A stretch of DNA of 63,318 bases, filler included, from an uncultured virus (IMG/VR IMGVR_UViG_2061766007_002030) (Duplodnaviria > Heunggongvirae > Uroviricota > Caudoviricetes). It is 5 parts of one record of this genome, joined end to end, with 100 filler letters (N's around TTAATTAATTAA, not from the genome) between each part and the next. Parts side by side here need not be neighbours in the genome. Positions count along the whole stretch, not along the records: positions 11,633 to 39,965 come from IMGVR_UViG_2061766007_002030; 4 more parts are not named here. One strand, written 5' to 3'. Shown in pieces: positions 23,507-35,460 of this stretch (its first letter is position 1; each line of letters begins with the position of its first letter). The position numbers were made by a program, and so were the translations under genes. Under the pieces are notes generated by a model. It searched no databases, was not told where the DNA came from, and saw only the letters and a program-made list of their open reading frames with translations.

Positions 23507-24457
23507 GGGATGATAACGAATTACTGCAGCTAATCCGGACTGCCAAGCGTAAGAAGATTGCGCCGCTTTCCATTTCTATGGAAATGGATTTTGATAACGA
23601 CAAAACACCAGACCACGAGATCCAGTCCGATGTGAAAATTGATCTTCCAAGAGTCCACTACACAATGGATGAAAATTCGGTTGTTGGCTATATCAAGATT
23701 GCCGCCCAGTTGCGTGCGTTCGAGAAGAAGATCGACGAGCTTCATCGGCAGTACAAGCGGTCAATCGAATGTATCTACGGGCCCCTTATGGNNNNNNNNN
23801 NATCCCACGAACGAGTTCGCCAGATTCGTAACGCCGCATTAAACCGCATACGTAAGAGCCCTCAATATGAAAATATGGTCGCAGAGGCTAAATATCTGCG
23901 AAAGGAAGCTGTATGAAAAACGATAATGAACTGTTACAGCTAATCCGTGCNNNNNNNNNNCGGTAAGCGTATTGAGAATGAACTAAACGATTTGGAGGAT
24001 ATCAATGGCGACGATGATAAATAGCAGCAGCGTGATACGGCTGTTCGAGAATANNNNNNNNNNTTCGCTGGACATGAATTTTGATAGCGACACGCCGGAC
24101 AACGAGATCCAGTCCGACGAGAAAATCGACATTCCTAAAGTCCACTACACGATGGATGAGAATTCCGTAGTAGGATATATTAAGATTGCCGCCCAGTTGC
24201 TGGCATTCGAGAAGAAGANNNNNNNNNNNNNNNNNNNNNNNNNNNNNNNNNNNNNNNNNNNNNNNNNNNNNNNNNNNAACGCATATAATAAGAAGGTTCC
24301 GGACTTGTTCGACATGAAGGCGCAGATGGTGAATATCCGTACGCTGGCGAAGGAACTGGCCTTGCGTGAAAATCGAGATGAATGTATATTTGATGGTAAG
24401 CGTATCGAGAACGAACTTAGCAATTTGGAGGATATAAATGGCGACGATGATAAATAG
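23503..24457 (+). CDS. Hypothetical protein (fragmented, variant copies)
   Basis: ORFs 23503.. and ..24457 share VHYTMDENSVVGYIKIAAQL. Confidence 0.6.
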
Positions 24458-24914
24458 CAGCAGCGTGATACGGCTGTTCGAGAATAACTTGTTCGACTAT
24501 GACGAAGACCGTAACCTGATGATCTACCGTGAGTGCGAGCCGAACATCGAGTTCAGCGTTCCTTGGTTGACCAACGATGTCAGCAAGACGTATGACTTGG
24601 CAAAGGTGCGTGCCATTATGGGCGAAATGATGAAGAACGTAGCCCATACATTGGCGGTCAAGGCGAAGCTCGATGACAAGGAGTTCATGGCTAACTTGTC
24701 GAAGGAAATGACCGATTTCGGTATGCAGTACGTTACCGATACCGACGAATTTGCCTATGAAGAAAACGGAAAGTACTTGTTTGTATTCGATCTGGAATAC
24801 TTAGTTTCTTTGCTAGTGATAAACAAGAATGAAACCGTAACGTCAATTCTGACGGCTATGCGAGACGATGCACGAGGTAAAAACAATGGCAAAGAAGAAA
24901 AAGATCGAGTATAA
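24438..24914 (+). CDS. Hypothetical protein
   Basis: GGAGG RBS; intact 158-aa ORF. Confidence 0.7.
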   Translation: MATMINSSSVIRLFENNLFDYDEDRNLMIYRECEPNIEFSVPWLTNDVSKTYDLAKVRAIMGEMMKNVAHTLAVKAKLDDKEFMANLSKEMTDFGMQYVTDTDEFAYEENGKYLFVFDLEYLVSLLVINKNETVTSILTAMRDDARGKNNGKEEKDRV

Positions 24915-25071
24915 CGAACTGGAAACTGAAAACGAGAACGAGCTCATTGAAGAGCAAGATGAGCCTATTATTGAGGAGCCTGAAGATGTCGAAGAAACAC
25001 AAGAACTGTCATTCGGCGACGAGTCCTACAGTCGACTCAGTGAACTCGCCGACTCCGATGAATGGAATTAG
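24886..25071 (+). CDS. Small acidic hypothetical protein
   Basis: GAGG RBS; MAKKKK followed by a Glu-rich tract. Confidence 0.55.
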   Translation: MAKKKKIEYNELETENENELIEEQDEPIIEEPEDVEETQELSFGDESYSRLSELADSDEWN

Positions 25072-25399
25072 GAATCTTGGTGCTACATTAACTCCACACA
25101 AGTATAATGCGACCTACATCCGTGCTGGACGATCTGGCAAGGATCGTAATGCGTTGCTCATCATGCTTCGTGACGACCAAGACCATGTGCTGTGTGACCA
25201 TATATGGGTAAAATGGTGTAATGCGTTCGCTCGTATGGCACCAGGCGACATCATCTCGTTTACGGCTACGCCTTATCGGTATATCAAGGGATACTGCGGA
25301 GACAANNNNNNNNNNNNNNNNNNNNNNNNNNNNNNNNNGGAATTGCGGCAAGTACGTGTGATTGGGCACAATCCAGTAATTGTAAGCCATGACAAGTAA
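25058..25399 (+). CDS. Hypothetical protein (possibly OB-fold-like)
   Basis: CDHIW...GDIISFTA..YRY.KGY pattern; bidirectional hairpin at 25405-25433. Confidence 0.55.
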   Translation: MNGIRNLGATLTPHKYNATYIRAGRSGKDRNALLIMLRDDQDHVLCDHIWVKWCNAFARMAPGDIISFTATPYRYIKGYCGDXXXXXXXXXXXXELRQVRVIGHNPVIVSHDK

Positions 25400-25452
25400 A
25401 ATAAAAACAAGCTCGACATAATCGAGCTTGTTTTGTTTCATGGAGGTTTCAA

Positions 25453-27260
25453 TTATCGAGCCGAGGCAAACCCAGCCAACTTGGATTGGTTGTCAGACTG
25501 CTGGAACTCTTCATTAGCAATATCGTCTTCNNNNNNNNNNNNNNNNNNNNNNNNNNNNNNNNNNNNNNNNNNNNNNNNNNNNNNNNNNNNNNNNNNNNNN
25601 NNNTGTATTGTAATCTTGGGTAGCGTTTGCGGACGGATCGCCATCCTTTGTCGAATTAGACTGGATATCAGCCAAGAGCTTTGTAAAGACATTGGAGTTG
25701 CCGACAATTCCAAGAACCTTGCCCTTGTCAATGCCGCCAGCATTGGAGACCTTTCCACGGAGCTTATCTTCGGTATTAGAACCCTTGTGGTTCATGATAT
25801 CAACAACGTTCGCAATTGCCTTGTTGAAAATTGTCTTATACTGGCGAAGTTCTTCTTCATTAGCGCCATTAAACTGTGCAATGAGTTTTGGATTGAAGGT
25901 ATCGCTAATATAGCTATAGATAGCTGCGGCAATTTGTTGTGCGAGACCAGAGGTGGCTGGCATGTTCAGCATTCCAGCAATTTCGCTTACACCAGGTAGG
26001 TTCACCTTGTCATATACGGAAATTTCGTAATGCTTTGCGAGCTTATTGATGAAGCCACGTCCCTTGTAGTTGTCTTGAACAAGAATGCTTGCACCATCAA
26101 CCTTCATCGGGGTCGTAATGATATCCTTGATTCGAGCATCCATGTAAAGGCAGTACAATGCAACTTCGGAAATGTTATACAGATTCATGTTGGTCTGATC
26201 ATCGGTATAGCCTTGGTCAATGTAGAGCTTGAGCGTACCATTGCTTGAACTGGTGTCATTGAGCAAATCATCATCGGACACTGCGTCTGACCCAGCGCCA
26301 GTACCTTGCTGATACTCAAAGACAAATGATTCACGACGAAGGCTAAGAGATTTACCCTTAGACTGCAGCAATTCGTTCAATGTATTATTCAGATAATTGA
26401 TAATGCGAGTAGCGTCTTGTGGGTTCACGTTTTCTGCAGAGATAATCAAGTGATTGGTATCTGCGTTGACGGAACTACCATCGATAAAGTTGGTCGGCAA
26501 TTCTTCTTCTTGAGCTGCTGGTTTTTCTTCCTTAGTGGGTTTCTTGCCAGTCTTCGGTGCCTTGCCGTTAGGAGCAGATGTATCGGCAGNNNNNNNNNNN
26601 NNNNNNNNNNNCCAGATAGACATCCTTGGCCTTGGGCGGACGCTTGAACATCGACGGAGCCTTGCTATGGTCATTGGCCAGCGAAACCAGATACTGTGTA
26701 AACTCGCTCAGCAAGTTATCACGGAAATTCAGGGCAGATTGAATTTGAGCGTTGGGAACTTTACCGATTCTCAAATTCTGCTGCCAAGTCTTGTCGTTTA
26801 CGATCTTTGTATTCTGGATCAAACGTGCCGCAATGTTGTAAAGGTTCTTGAACAGATCATAATTTGACATGGTTGGTGTTTCAAGACAGTGCTTGAACAA
26901 TGACCAAGTGTCATATTGATTCTGCTTAGTTGGGTCGGCAGAGTCATATATCGGGTCTTCCGTTGCAGGCTTGACGAAATACGAGATTAGTGACGGCTTG
27001 CTGTTGTCCCTCATGTCCGTTTCGTTCTTGAGTCGATCGCCAGCATCATATACCTTCTGGGCAATATCCAGCAAATGTTGACGAACCTCGGCATCCGGAT
27101 TCTGTTTGGTATCTTCGGCAGCTGGTTCCTCGGTGGTTTGTTCTTGAGCGTTGTCGATCTGTTCCTCGAACAAGACCTTGTACATGTGGGATACGGCTTC
27201 CAAGTAGACCGCATTATCTGGCGTAGTGAATTCCGCAAGTTTTTTGTCAAAAAGATTCAT
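25453..27260 (-). CDS. Large hypothetical protein (gapped)
   Basis: Start MNLFDKK at 27260; ATAAACT upstream; YLEAV...VLFE motif. Confidence 0.7.
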
Positions 27261-27356
27261 TGGATTGCTCCATCGATTTGAACTTAAGTTTATATAATTT
27301 TTTAATGAGATGTCGTCATGAAATGATAAACTGCGCATAGGTAAATAAGGTATACT

Positions 27357-29999
27357 ATGTTGACCAATCTCCAAATCCGCACGTTGCTTAACAATATATT
27401 CATGCTGCCTATCTGTAGGACAATTGGCGTCAAGTTGAATCAATTGCAGAAAAATGCGGCACATACTGAATATATAGCGAAAATTGCCGTGGGTGCTGGC
27501 TACAAGAATCAATGGATTCTTAAGACGATGCAAACTGCATCGACTGACAAGATGTTCATTATATTGTCGAACGGAATACGTAAGATCCGTTTGACTGTGA
27601 ACATGGCAACGATGCAGTTGGACGACAGTAGTGTATCAATGTTGACGAATCTTTTACTTACCTACCAATACTTGGTAAGCCATATCTTGTATCAAATCGT
27701 GAACGTCGGCTGTGTATATGATAGCGCACGTAGTGACGAATACCACCGTATCTATCCATCGAATTCATCTCCTTTGGATATCATGTGTATTATCGATGGT
27801 AAAGAACGAGTAAAGCTTGACCAGTCTGATGCAAATGCTACGTTGAACCAGCCGCTGTCCAAGGTTAACCGTTTGACCGTTGACCTTGTATCCTATGAAA
27901 CTGGCGAAATGGTTCCGCTCTACCATATCATATTCGAAAATGATGCCATCGCAATCGCTCGATATTTGAACACTGGATCTGCGCATCGTTTAAGTACGCA
28001 TGCCGACCGTGTATCAACCAAGGATTCCCTGACGGCTGACGATAGCGACGAAAAATCAATCTATTCCAAAATAAATGATATCGTCGAAGGATGGTCAATT
28101 GCCGAAAACGACCGTACGATAGTTGACCGTGAAACGACTGATAAGCAAGTCACCGAAAAACATCGAGTCGCACTCGGACATGTCGGTATTTTGAAACAGC
28201 GTGATATTCCGATCAAATCGGCGGACAACAGCATTGCCAGCGATTCAGCGGCATTACAATCTGAACCGATTATCGGCTATGGTATCGATGATTTCTATGA
28301 CGTATATCCGCTGGATTCGCTGAAGGTTAGGGTCACGGTAACTCGTTCTACTAAGAAGCGTTTCTGTATATCCTATTCATGCCCGATGATGGGAACGATT
28401 GCGGCGATATACGTTGATGGCGACGTCAACTATATTGCTGACCAGAATAAGGTGACATCGAACGACTTGATTGTGCTGTCTGGCGATGATACCAGAACGG
28501 CAATCCTTAGTTATAACTCTGGTCGAGGCGGTACTGAAACAATCGACCGTATCAACATCGAGCGTGCCTTGGAAATTGTTCGTGAACTTGTCTCACTGTC
28601 AGCAGTTGCTTGCGATATCGAACAGTCGGTTAAATACTTTACCAACGACATCTACAAGAGTGCAAAGCTTCCGCTGGACAATATCTATACATCGACATCG
28701 TATTACTTTACCGTATTGCCGGAATATGACAGTGAATTGCATGTCAACATTATTTCGCAGACGACAAGTATGACTATTCCGGTTGCATGCTTTATTGAGC
28801 GCTCTGGATCAGAAGTCAAAATTTCGTGCCAGATTGCAAATAAAAAGGCATATCGAATGTCCAACAATTCGATCTTTAAGCAGAGTCTTTCTTATGACGG
28901 AACTGACGTCCGTAATCTAGGTCAGCTGTTGGCTGCGGAAATTGTACATGTATGCACTGGGTCTGTAGATAACCCGTTGCCGCATAACTTAAAGAAAAAT
29001 GTGATCCAGCACAAAGAAAACACTTTGGCAAAGACTGCCAAGGTGCTCCGCTTCCAGAGTTCTTCTCCGGTTGGATCGCTCTTGCTAGACGTACGTGATG
29101 CGTTTGTAAATACGTTTGGACCTGGTGTATTTGGTTATGGTCCTGACCATAAGAGTACTTTCGATTCCAAGATGAACTTCGGCGACTTCTACTACAATAT
29201 CACTACGCTGAAGGACGGCAAGCAAGTGCCAATCGAAGCTGAATGTAGTATATACGGCGACGGATATCTTGCGACTGGCGGTGGTAGGATTACTACAANN
29301 NNNNNNNNTGACTTCTACTACAATATCACGACACTGAAGGACGGAAAGCAAGTGCCTATCGAAGCTGAATGTAGTATCTATGGCGACGGATATCTTGCGA
29401 CTGGTGGTGGTAGGATTACTACAAAGTATAAGGACGACCATAAAGTTCACGCAGAATGTTCGTTTAATAACCACTGGGTTGAAATTGAATTGGACGGTGA
29501 CCGACTGTCGCCAGAATTCCTAGAATGGTATCTTGGCGCATCCGGAAACCAGGTCACTTCGACGATCCATCGAGCTATCCGAAACAATGCTACCGAGAAG
29601 CTTGATAAGGAAGGAAACATCATTTATAAGATCGATCCGCTTGTTATCAAGATTGTCAAGTCGTTGTATGATGATTCCACTGCGCCGCAAGAACCGATGT
29701 CGAATCTTCCGAAGGGAACCAAGACACACCGCATGTATCTCGCACCAGACATTGACGTGAACCAGGAGTTCAATGGTCAGTATGTCGACGAGAATAACCA
29801 GCTACGCAATTATTCCGACCTTCCAGAAGAAGAAAGGGCGTTGGCTGCGTATGATGATCAGATGAGGCAGCTGGATGCTAGCGGACGTATGTCGGAAGAT
29901 GATGAAGATAATGATGAAGAATCTCCGTATCATTATTCCGACGAGGTATCGCATCGGTTCGATAAATGGAAAGGCAAGAAAGACTCCGATGAAAAATAG
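27357..29999 (+). CDS. Large hypothetical protein (~840 aa after removing the gap duplicate)
   Basis: Long ORF; ATAAACT 25 nt upstream. Confidence 0.8.
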   Translation: MLTNLQIRTLLNNIFMLPICRTIGVKLNQLQKNAAHTEYIAKIAVGAGYKNQWILKTMQTASTDKMFIILSNGIRKIRLTVNMATMQLDDSSVSMLTNLLLTYQYLVSHILYQIVNVGCVYDSARSDEYHRIYPSNSSPLDIMCIIDGKERVKLDQSDANATLNQPLSKVNRLTVDLVSYETGEMVPLYHIIFENDAIAIARYLNTGSAHRLSTHADRVSTKDSLTADDSDEKSIYSKINDIVEGWSIAENDRTIVDRETTDKQVTEKHRVALGHVGILKQRDIPIKSADNSIASDSAALQSEPIIGYGIDDFYDVYPLDSLKVRVTVTRSTKKRFCISYSCPMMGTIAAIYVDGDVNYIADQNKVTSNDLIVLSGDDTRTAILSYNSGRGGTETIDRINIERALEIVRELVSLSAVACDIEQSVKYFTNDIYKSAKLPLDNIYTSTSYYFTVLPEYDSELHVNIISQTTSMTIPVACFIERSGSEVKISCQIANKKAYRMSNNSIFKQSLSYDGTDVRNLGQLLAAEIVHVCTGSVDNPLPHNLKKNVIQHKENTLAKTAKVLRFQSSSPVGSLLLDVRDAFVNTFGPGVFGYGPDHKSTFDSKMNFGDFYYNITTLKDGKQVPIEAECSIYGDGYLATGGGRITTXXXXDFYYNITTLKDGKQVPIEAECSIYGDGYLATGGGRITTKYKDDHKVHAECSFNNHWVEIELDGDRLSPEFLEWYLGASGNQVTSTIHRAIRNNATEKLDKEGNIIYKIDPLVIKIVKSLYDDSTAPQEPMSNLPKGTKTHRMYLAPDIDVNQEFNGQYVDENNQLRNYSDLPEEERALAAYDDQMRQLDASGRMSEDDEDNDEESPYHYSDEVSHRFDKWKGKKDSDEK

Positions 30000-30249
30000 T
30001 CTTGACACATAGAGTTAAATTCCTATATTTGGTACATTATGAGCAATATAGAACATATCAAGGAAACGAGAGCCCAACGGGCCGCAAGGATTGCCGGGAC
30101 TGGCAACGGTGCGACACTTCGCACTCGGCTGGTTCTTGACAAGAAGAAATACTCACGGAAAATCAAGCATAAAGGACAATCCATCGCAAATGCGATGGAT
30201 TTCGCTTTTATAGTGGACAATTTTACTCTTAATTGCTATATTGTCAAGT

Positions 30250-31227
30250 ATGGAAAGAATACAATCAGATACTATGAAGCTTGGCGACCGTATCAAGGCA
30301 TACGAACACCAGTTTACCGAACACAAANNNNNNNNNNCTATACCAAGCGGATGCACAAGCCGTTCGACTATCGTTTCGTCAAGGCTATGCAAGAGACCGC
30401 AAAGAAGCTGACCGAAACCTTCGATCCCATTTTGACCTATGTGCAGTCAGACGAAATCACTCTGCTGTTCAAGCCGACTACGGAAGCTTTCTTGAGTGGT
30501 AAGTTGTCCAAGATGAACAGCGTCATTGCGTCGACCGCTACCTATTGGTTCAGTACGTTCATCGATCCAGAAACTCCTACTGTTGGTTTGCCGCTATTTG
30601 ACTGCCGTGTCTTCAACGTGCCGGATGAATGGGAAGCTATCAATGCGCTACGTTTCCGTTACCGTGACGCNNNNNNNNNNTAGTACGTTCATCGATCCAG
30701 AAACTCCTACTGTTGGCTTACCGCTATTCGACTGCCGTGTCTTCAACGTTCCGGATGAATGGGAAGCTATCAATGCGCTACGTTTCCGTTACCGTGACGC
30801 TGTCCGTAATGCCGTAAGCTCTGCTGCTCGATACAAGGTCGGCCACAAGAAATGCAACGGACTGAACACTGATGAAAAGCTCAAGATCATCGGTAGCGAC
30901 TGGAAGGGCTATCCTATGGAAGCTCGCTACGGTACGTTCTATCACCGTGTCAACGTGGAAAAGCCGGTAGACATCGATCGCAGCAAGCTGAAACCAGAAG
31001 TGGCGGCGAAGATTCCTGATACATGTATCCGTACGGAAATCCAGGAATATTACGTGAAACTGGCCACCTCGTGGAGCAATAGTCTTCCATATCAGCTGGA
31101 TCCTATTTACATGCCGTTAAACAGTCCAGCAGCTGGTATCGACGATATCAAGAACGCCACGGACGTTATTTTCCGTGGCGAAGATGCTGTGCTGTATGCG
31201 AACGGAGAAAAGCCTACCGAGACTTAA
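30250..31227 (+). CDS. tRNA(His) guanylyltransferase Thg1-like 3'-5' polymerase
   Basis: LGDRIKAYE, KPFD, YVQSDEITL, KMNSVIAS, FDCRVF, RDAVRNAV. Confidence 0.9.
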
Positions 31228-32448
31228 ACAGCGACTTGATCCAGTTCAAAAATTTGTCGAACCAAGTAAGATGGACTTGCTCCTCTTCGGGTTCGCTTGA
31301 TTCTACTTCGGCGACGTAAGGGTCGCCGTCTTCGTTTTCCTTGACGATGAACTCACGTTTGACGAAATCGGTCTCCGGCTGCGGATCTTCCACGGCTGGC
31401 TCCGGCTCCTCGGTAGGTTCTGGTTCTGCAGCAACTGGTTCCTCGACCTTGTTCATTTCATCAAGAGCGTCCTTGATTTGCAAGGTGAATTCCGGAGGCA
31501 TGTCGTACTTGTCNNNNNNNNNNTTCCGGCTCCTCGGTAGGTTCTGGTTCCTGTTCTGGTTCTGCAGCAACTGGTTCCTCGGCCTTGTTCATTTCATCGA
31601 GAGCGTCCTTGATTTGCAAGGTGAATTCCGGAGGCATGTCGTACTTGTCCTTCCTCACGTTCGAGTGGCAGAAGATGCCCTTGTAGGCGACGGCCTTTTC
31701 TGCAGATTCAAACACGTCTCCGATCATTTCCTTGAAGGTAAGCGGAATATCATGCTTCTCCGANNNNNNNNNNTTTCCTCACGTTCGAGTGGCAGAGGAT
31801 GCCCTTGTAGGCGACGGCCTTTTCTGCAGATTCAAATACGTCTCCGATCATTTCCTTGAAGGTAAGCGGAATATCATGCTTCTCCGACAGATACTTGAGC
31901 AAGTGGGCGATAGCTTGCTTCTGTATGGCAGTCATCTTTGCATAGCAGTTATAGCCACGATACGAAATGAAGTCGACGTTTGCTGGATCCTTGGTATATA
32001 GGTTTCCGTATGCGTCCAGATAGTGTCCGTTCTGTTCCTTGTCCTTGAGGGGCCCGTAGTTCGATATCTCGATACCGATGGACTGCTTGGACATTACGGC
32101 GTTTCCTCCAATAGCGGTGGATCCGAGGTGGTATGACCAGAAAGAGTCATCGAACAGCCTGTAGATGTGTCCGCAGCGGTCTACGACGTACGGAACCGAC
32201 ATGTGGTTGTTCTCCTTTGTCAAGGACGCAACGTCGCCTGTAATCACGCCTACGGTGAAATGGAGGCATATCTGCGTCTTTACCGTACGTGTCTGGTAGA
32301 AATAGGTCTTGAACCCAGGATTGATGGGAATGATGCTGAAGCCGTCACCGATATCGATCGGGTTTCCAGCGGTGAACTTCTTGCCGGACGAATCCGTCAA
32401 GGTAGTGGCAAACTTGGCCTCTCGGCTAGCGATTGTTTCTGGAGTCAT
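31214..32448 (-). CDS. N-acetylmuramoyl-L-alanine amidase (Amidase_2, endolysin-like) with an acidic Pro/Glu C-terminal tail
   Basis: ICLHFT, SYHLG, SIGIEI, HSNVRKDKYD zinc amidase motifs. Confidence 0.85.
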
Positions 32449-32500
32449 GCCGAACCTCCTTTTATAGCCGTTTATAAATTATTTTACTATATTGACTGGC

Positions 32501-33676
32501 ATGAAATACTTGAAAAATTATGACTTTATATTTGTCGGCGCTGGTCTAACCAACGCTACCATCGCAGAAACCATCACAACCAATAGCCGCTGGGATGATA
32601 AGTTCAAGATGCTAGTCATCGACCGTCGTAACCATATAGGCGGTAACTGCTACACCGAAAAGAAGAACGGAATTGACGTACATAAGTACGGTGCCCATAT
32701 TTTCCATACGTCCAATGGCTTTGCGGCGTCCTATATCCAGCAGTTCGGAGAATGGAGTCCGTTCATCAACCAGCCGATCGCCGTGTTTACACAGCCAGAC
32801 GGAACGAAACGTATGTACAACATGCCGTTCAACATGAATACATTCGTGCAGTTGTTCCCTGGACTTACGACACCGGATGAAATCAAGGCTGCTATCCAGA
32901 AGGAAATCGACGAAGCTGGTATCAAGGAACCGAAGAACCTTGCCGAACAAGCCATCTCAATGGTCGGCACGACAATCTTCAATACACTCGTCAAGGGCTA
33001 CACAGAGAAGCAGTGGGGTCGAAAGTGCGAAGACCTTCCGGCCAGCATCATCAAGCGTCTCCCAGTGCGTTTCACGTTCGACAATAATTATTTCAATGAT
33101 ACGTACCAGCTGATGCCAGACGACGGTTATACAAGCGTCATTGAGAATATGTTCAATGAAGTAAACAAATATGACGACATCCGCTTGGATATTATGCTGG
33201 ACACGCCATATCAGAAGCTTGCTGAACTTGGTATCAAGGGTAAAAGGGTCTTTTATTCCGGCGGAATCGATGAGTTTTATGGATACAAGTTCGGTGCGCT
33301 CAAGTACCGTTCGGTCAAGTTCAAGGAAAAGGAATTCAAGTCGGACAATGTACAAGGCTGCCCTGTATGCAACTACACGTCGACCGATGTACCATATACT
33401 CGCTCTATTGAGCACAAGTGGTTCTGTCCGCATGAAGGTACTAAGGGCTCTATCGTGAGCTACGAGTATTCCTCTGAATGGAAGAAGGGCATGGAACCGT
33501 ACTATCCGGTCAACGACGAGGCTAATCAGGAGCTGTATGCTAAATACGTACGGCATCATGAATCTCAGCCGACTAATGTTCAGTTTGTCGGTCGACTTGG
33601 TACATACAGCTACATGGACATGGATGATTGTATCCTGGCCGCAAGGCAGATCGGACTGCGTTACGTTGACAAATAA
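32501..33676 (+). CDS. glf: UDP-galactopyranose mutase
   Basis: VGAG, HIGGNCY, HKYGAHIFHT, YTEKQWG, EPYYPVN, GRLGTYSYMDMD. Confidence 0.95.
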   Translation: MKYLKNYDFIFVGAGLTNATIAETITTNSRWDDKFKMLVIDRRNHIGGNCYTEKKNGIDVHKYGAHIFHTSNGFAASYIQQFGEWSPFINQPIAVFTQPDGTKRMYNMPFNMNTFVQLFPGLTTPDEIKAAIQKEIDEAGIKEPKNLAEQAISMVGTTIFNTLVKGYTEKQWGRKCEDLPASIIKRLPVRFTFDNNYFNDTYQLMPDDGYTSVIENMFNEVNKYDDIRLDIMLDTPYQKLAELGIKGKRVFYSGGIDEFYGYKFGALKYRSVKFKEKEFKSDNVQGCPVCNYTSTDVPYTRSIEHKWFCPHEGTKGSIVSYEYSSEWKKGMEPYYPVNDEANQELYAKYVRHHESQPTNVQFVGRLGTYSYMDMDDCILAARQIGLRYVDK

Positions 33677-33710
33677 CTTATAAACTGCATATGACCAAAT
33701 GTGAGTTCAT

Positions 33711-35054
33711 ATGCAGTTTTTTGACTATGACGCAGATTTAAGCTTGTTCAATTCCTTGATGGAAGAAACTGAAGCCCCAGCAAATACTGAGGCTGGTGAA
33801 CCAGCACAAGGTAATGACACGGCAAAGACACCCAAACAGCGTGGTTCCAAGAAGTCGACGGGTAAATCAAAATTTACCGGCAGTACAATCGTTAAGGCCA
33901 TCAGCGATGCCCTTACGAATAAAGATTTAAACTATAAATTATTTTACGAGACCTATTATCCGAAGGAACCGGAGAGCAAGCCATTTGTTCTGTGTAAAGC
34001 TGGCGGATTTACCATTAAGAATGATCCGCATCTTGGTGACTATGTCCAAAAGACTGACGATACACATATTACGGTTAACTTATCTGCAGCAATCAATGCC
34101 AAATCAAGATCTAAAGTAGCTAAAGATTTGGAACATATGCAAGACAAAAGAGCTTACGCTGATCGAGAAGACTCGTTATATCAACTTGCAAAAATCCAAG
34201 TGCTTGATTCCTTCGCAACGCTGATAAATCATGTGCTAAAAGATCCAGAATACGAGAAAAACAAGATTCTCGATCCGGAAGAAAAGAAAGAACTGCAGAA
34301 GAAGGCTAGGGAAGAAAAGAACGCCCAGAAGGCTCAAGCTGAACAGAAACCTCAAGAGGAACAACAGCCACAAGAGCAGCAGAAGTCGACAGATGAACAG
34401 CAGCCGCAAGAGGAGCAGAAGCCGCAAGAACAGCAGCCGCAGAATGACCCAAATACGCCTTCCGACGACGATCCGAAAGAACAGTTCAAAAAGATTCGTG
34501 CTAACTACAACGAGAATTACAAAAACGACTTGAAATACTATTGCGAGAAAAATGCAGATGATCTTGATGATGAAGGTAAGTCTGCGTTGGCCGATCAATA
34601 TTATGACAAGGCCATGGAAGACTTCCAAGAGGTTCAGGATCCGGAAGTTCAAAAGAAAGTACAAGAGATGATTCAGTCTGATATCGAATTGTATGCCCAG
34701 CCGAATAAAAAAAATGATTCGGATTCTGACAACGATAAAGATAATCCGAATGACTTCAACTGGGGTCAGGATGACAAAGATAAGAAAGACGGCGAATCCG
34801 AAGACGATGGCGATTCTGATGATACCGACAACAGCGGTACATCGCCAGCCAACAACAATAAGGGATTCTTCAACTGGATCAACAATACTATGAACAACTG
34901 GGATCAGAACGGTGTAACAAACAAGACTGCAAACCCGCGTCCGCAAGGCGGTGTCCAGCGCATGGACTACACTTGGAAGCAATCTCAGAGAGACCGCAAC
35001 GGCGGCAAGGTAAAAAAGAAAAAGACCGTAGACCAACAATTGGACGAAGACTAA
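33711..35054 (+). CDS. Hypothetical protein with Gln/Glu-rich low-complexity repeats
   Basis: Intact ORF; (E)EQ(K/Q)PQ repeats; ATAAACT upstream. Confidence 0.75.
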   Translation: MQFFDYDADLSLFNSLMEETEAPANTEAGEPAQGNDTAKTPKQRGSKKSTGKSKFTGSTIVKAISDALTNKDLNYKLFYETYYPKEPESKPFVLCKAGGFTIKNDPHLGDYVQKTDDTHITVNLSAAINAKSRSKVAKDLEHMQDKRAYADREDSLYQLAKIQVLDSFATLINHVLKDPEYEKNKILDPEEKKELQKKAREEKNAQKAQAEQKPQEEQQPQEQQKSTDEQQPQEEQKPQEQQPQNDPNTPSDDDPKEQFKKIRANYNENYKNDLKYYCEKNADDLDDEGKSALADQYYDKAMEDFQEVQDPEVQKKVQEMIQSDIELYAQPNKKNDSDSDNDKDNPNDFNWGQDDKDKKDGESEDDGDSDDTDNSGTSPANNNKGFFNWINNTMNNWDQNGVTNKTANPRPQGGVQRMDYTWKQSQRDRNGGKVKKKKTVDQQLDED

Positions 35055-35422
35055 TGGGACATAAGGAGATAACGATGCAAGAGTTACTTAATACAGCGAA
35101 CCGGCTCATTGACAAGACTGGACTGGTAGCGGAGCCGAACGGCGAACACGTCGACATCAAAATTTACGATGTCCCAATGGGGATGTTGTCTATTGATGAC
35201 CTCGGTAAACTGATGTACACTTCTGCCGACGGTGAGACGGCGTCTGGTGACGAGGAAACCGTGAAAGACGCAATCTTGAACGACCTCAGCAACCAGTTCG
35301 AATTTACCGAAGTCGAGCCGGGTAGCTTTCAAGAAGCAATAGCGAACTCGATCAAGAACCCGACATTGAGACGAGCAGTTCTAGAAGCGTATAACTTGTA
35401 CAAGAAGAAAGCGCTTGTTTAA
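35054..35422 (+). CDS. Hypothetical protein
   Basis: Coupled to the previous gene; AGGAG RBS before 35075; bidirectional hairpin at 35431-35458. Confidence 0.65.
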   Translation: MGHKEITMQELLNTANRLIDKTGLVAEPNGEHVDIKIYDVPMGMLSIDDLGKLMYTSADGETASGDEETVKDAILNDLSNQFEFTEVEPGSFQEAIANSIKNPTLRRAVLEAYNLYKKKALV

Positions 35423-35460
35423 ATAAACAGAAAGGCTGGTCAATCGACCAGCCTTCTTTG

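Noticed and set aside
20035..24457. Apparent tandem duplication of an operon including the sigma factor
   Set aside because: The copies begin and end at 10-N gaps; best explained as two strain haplotypes scaffolded in series
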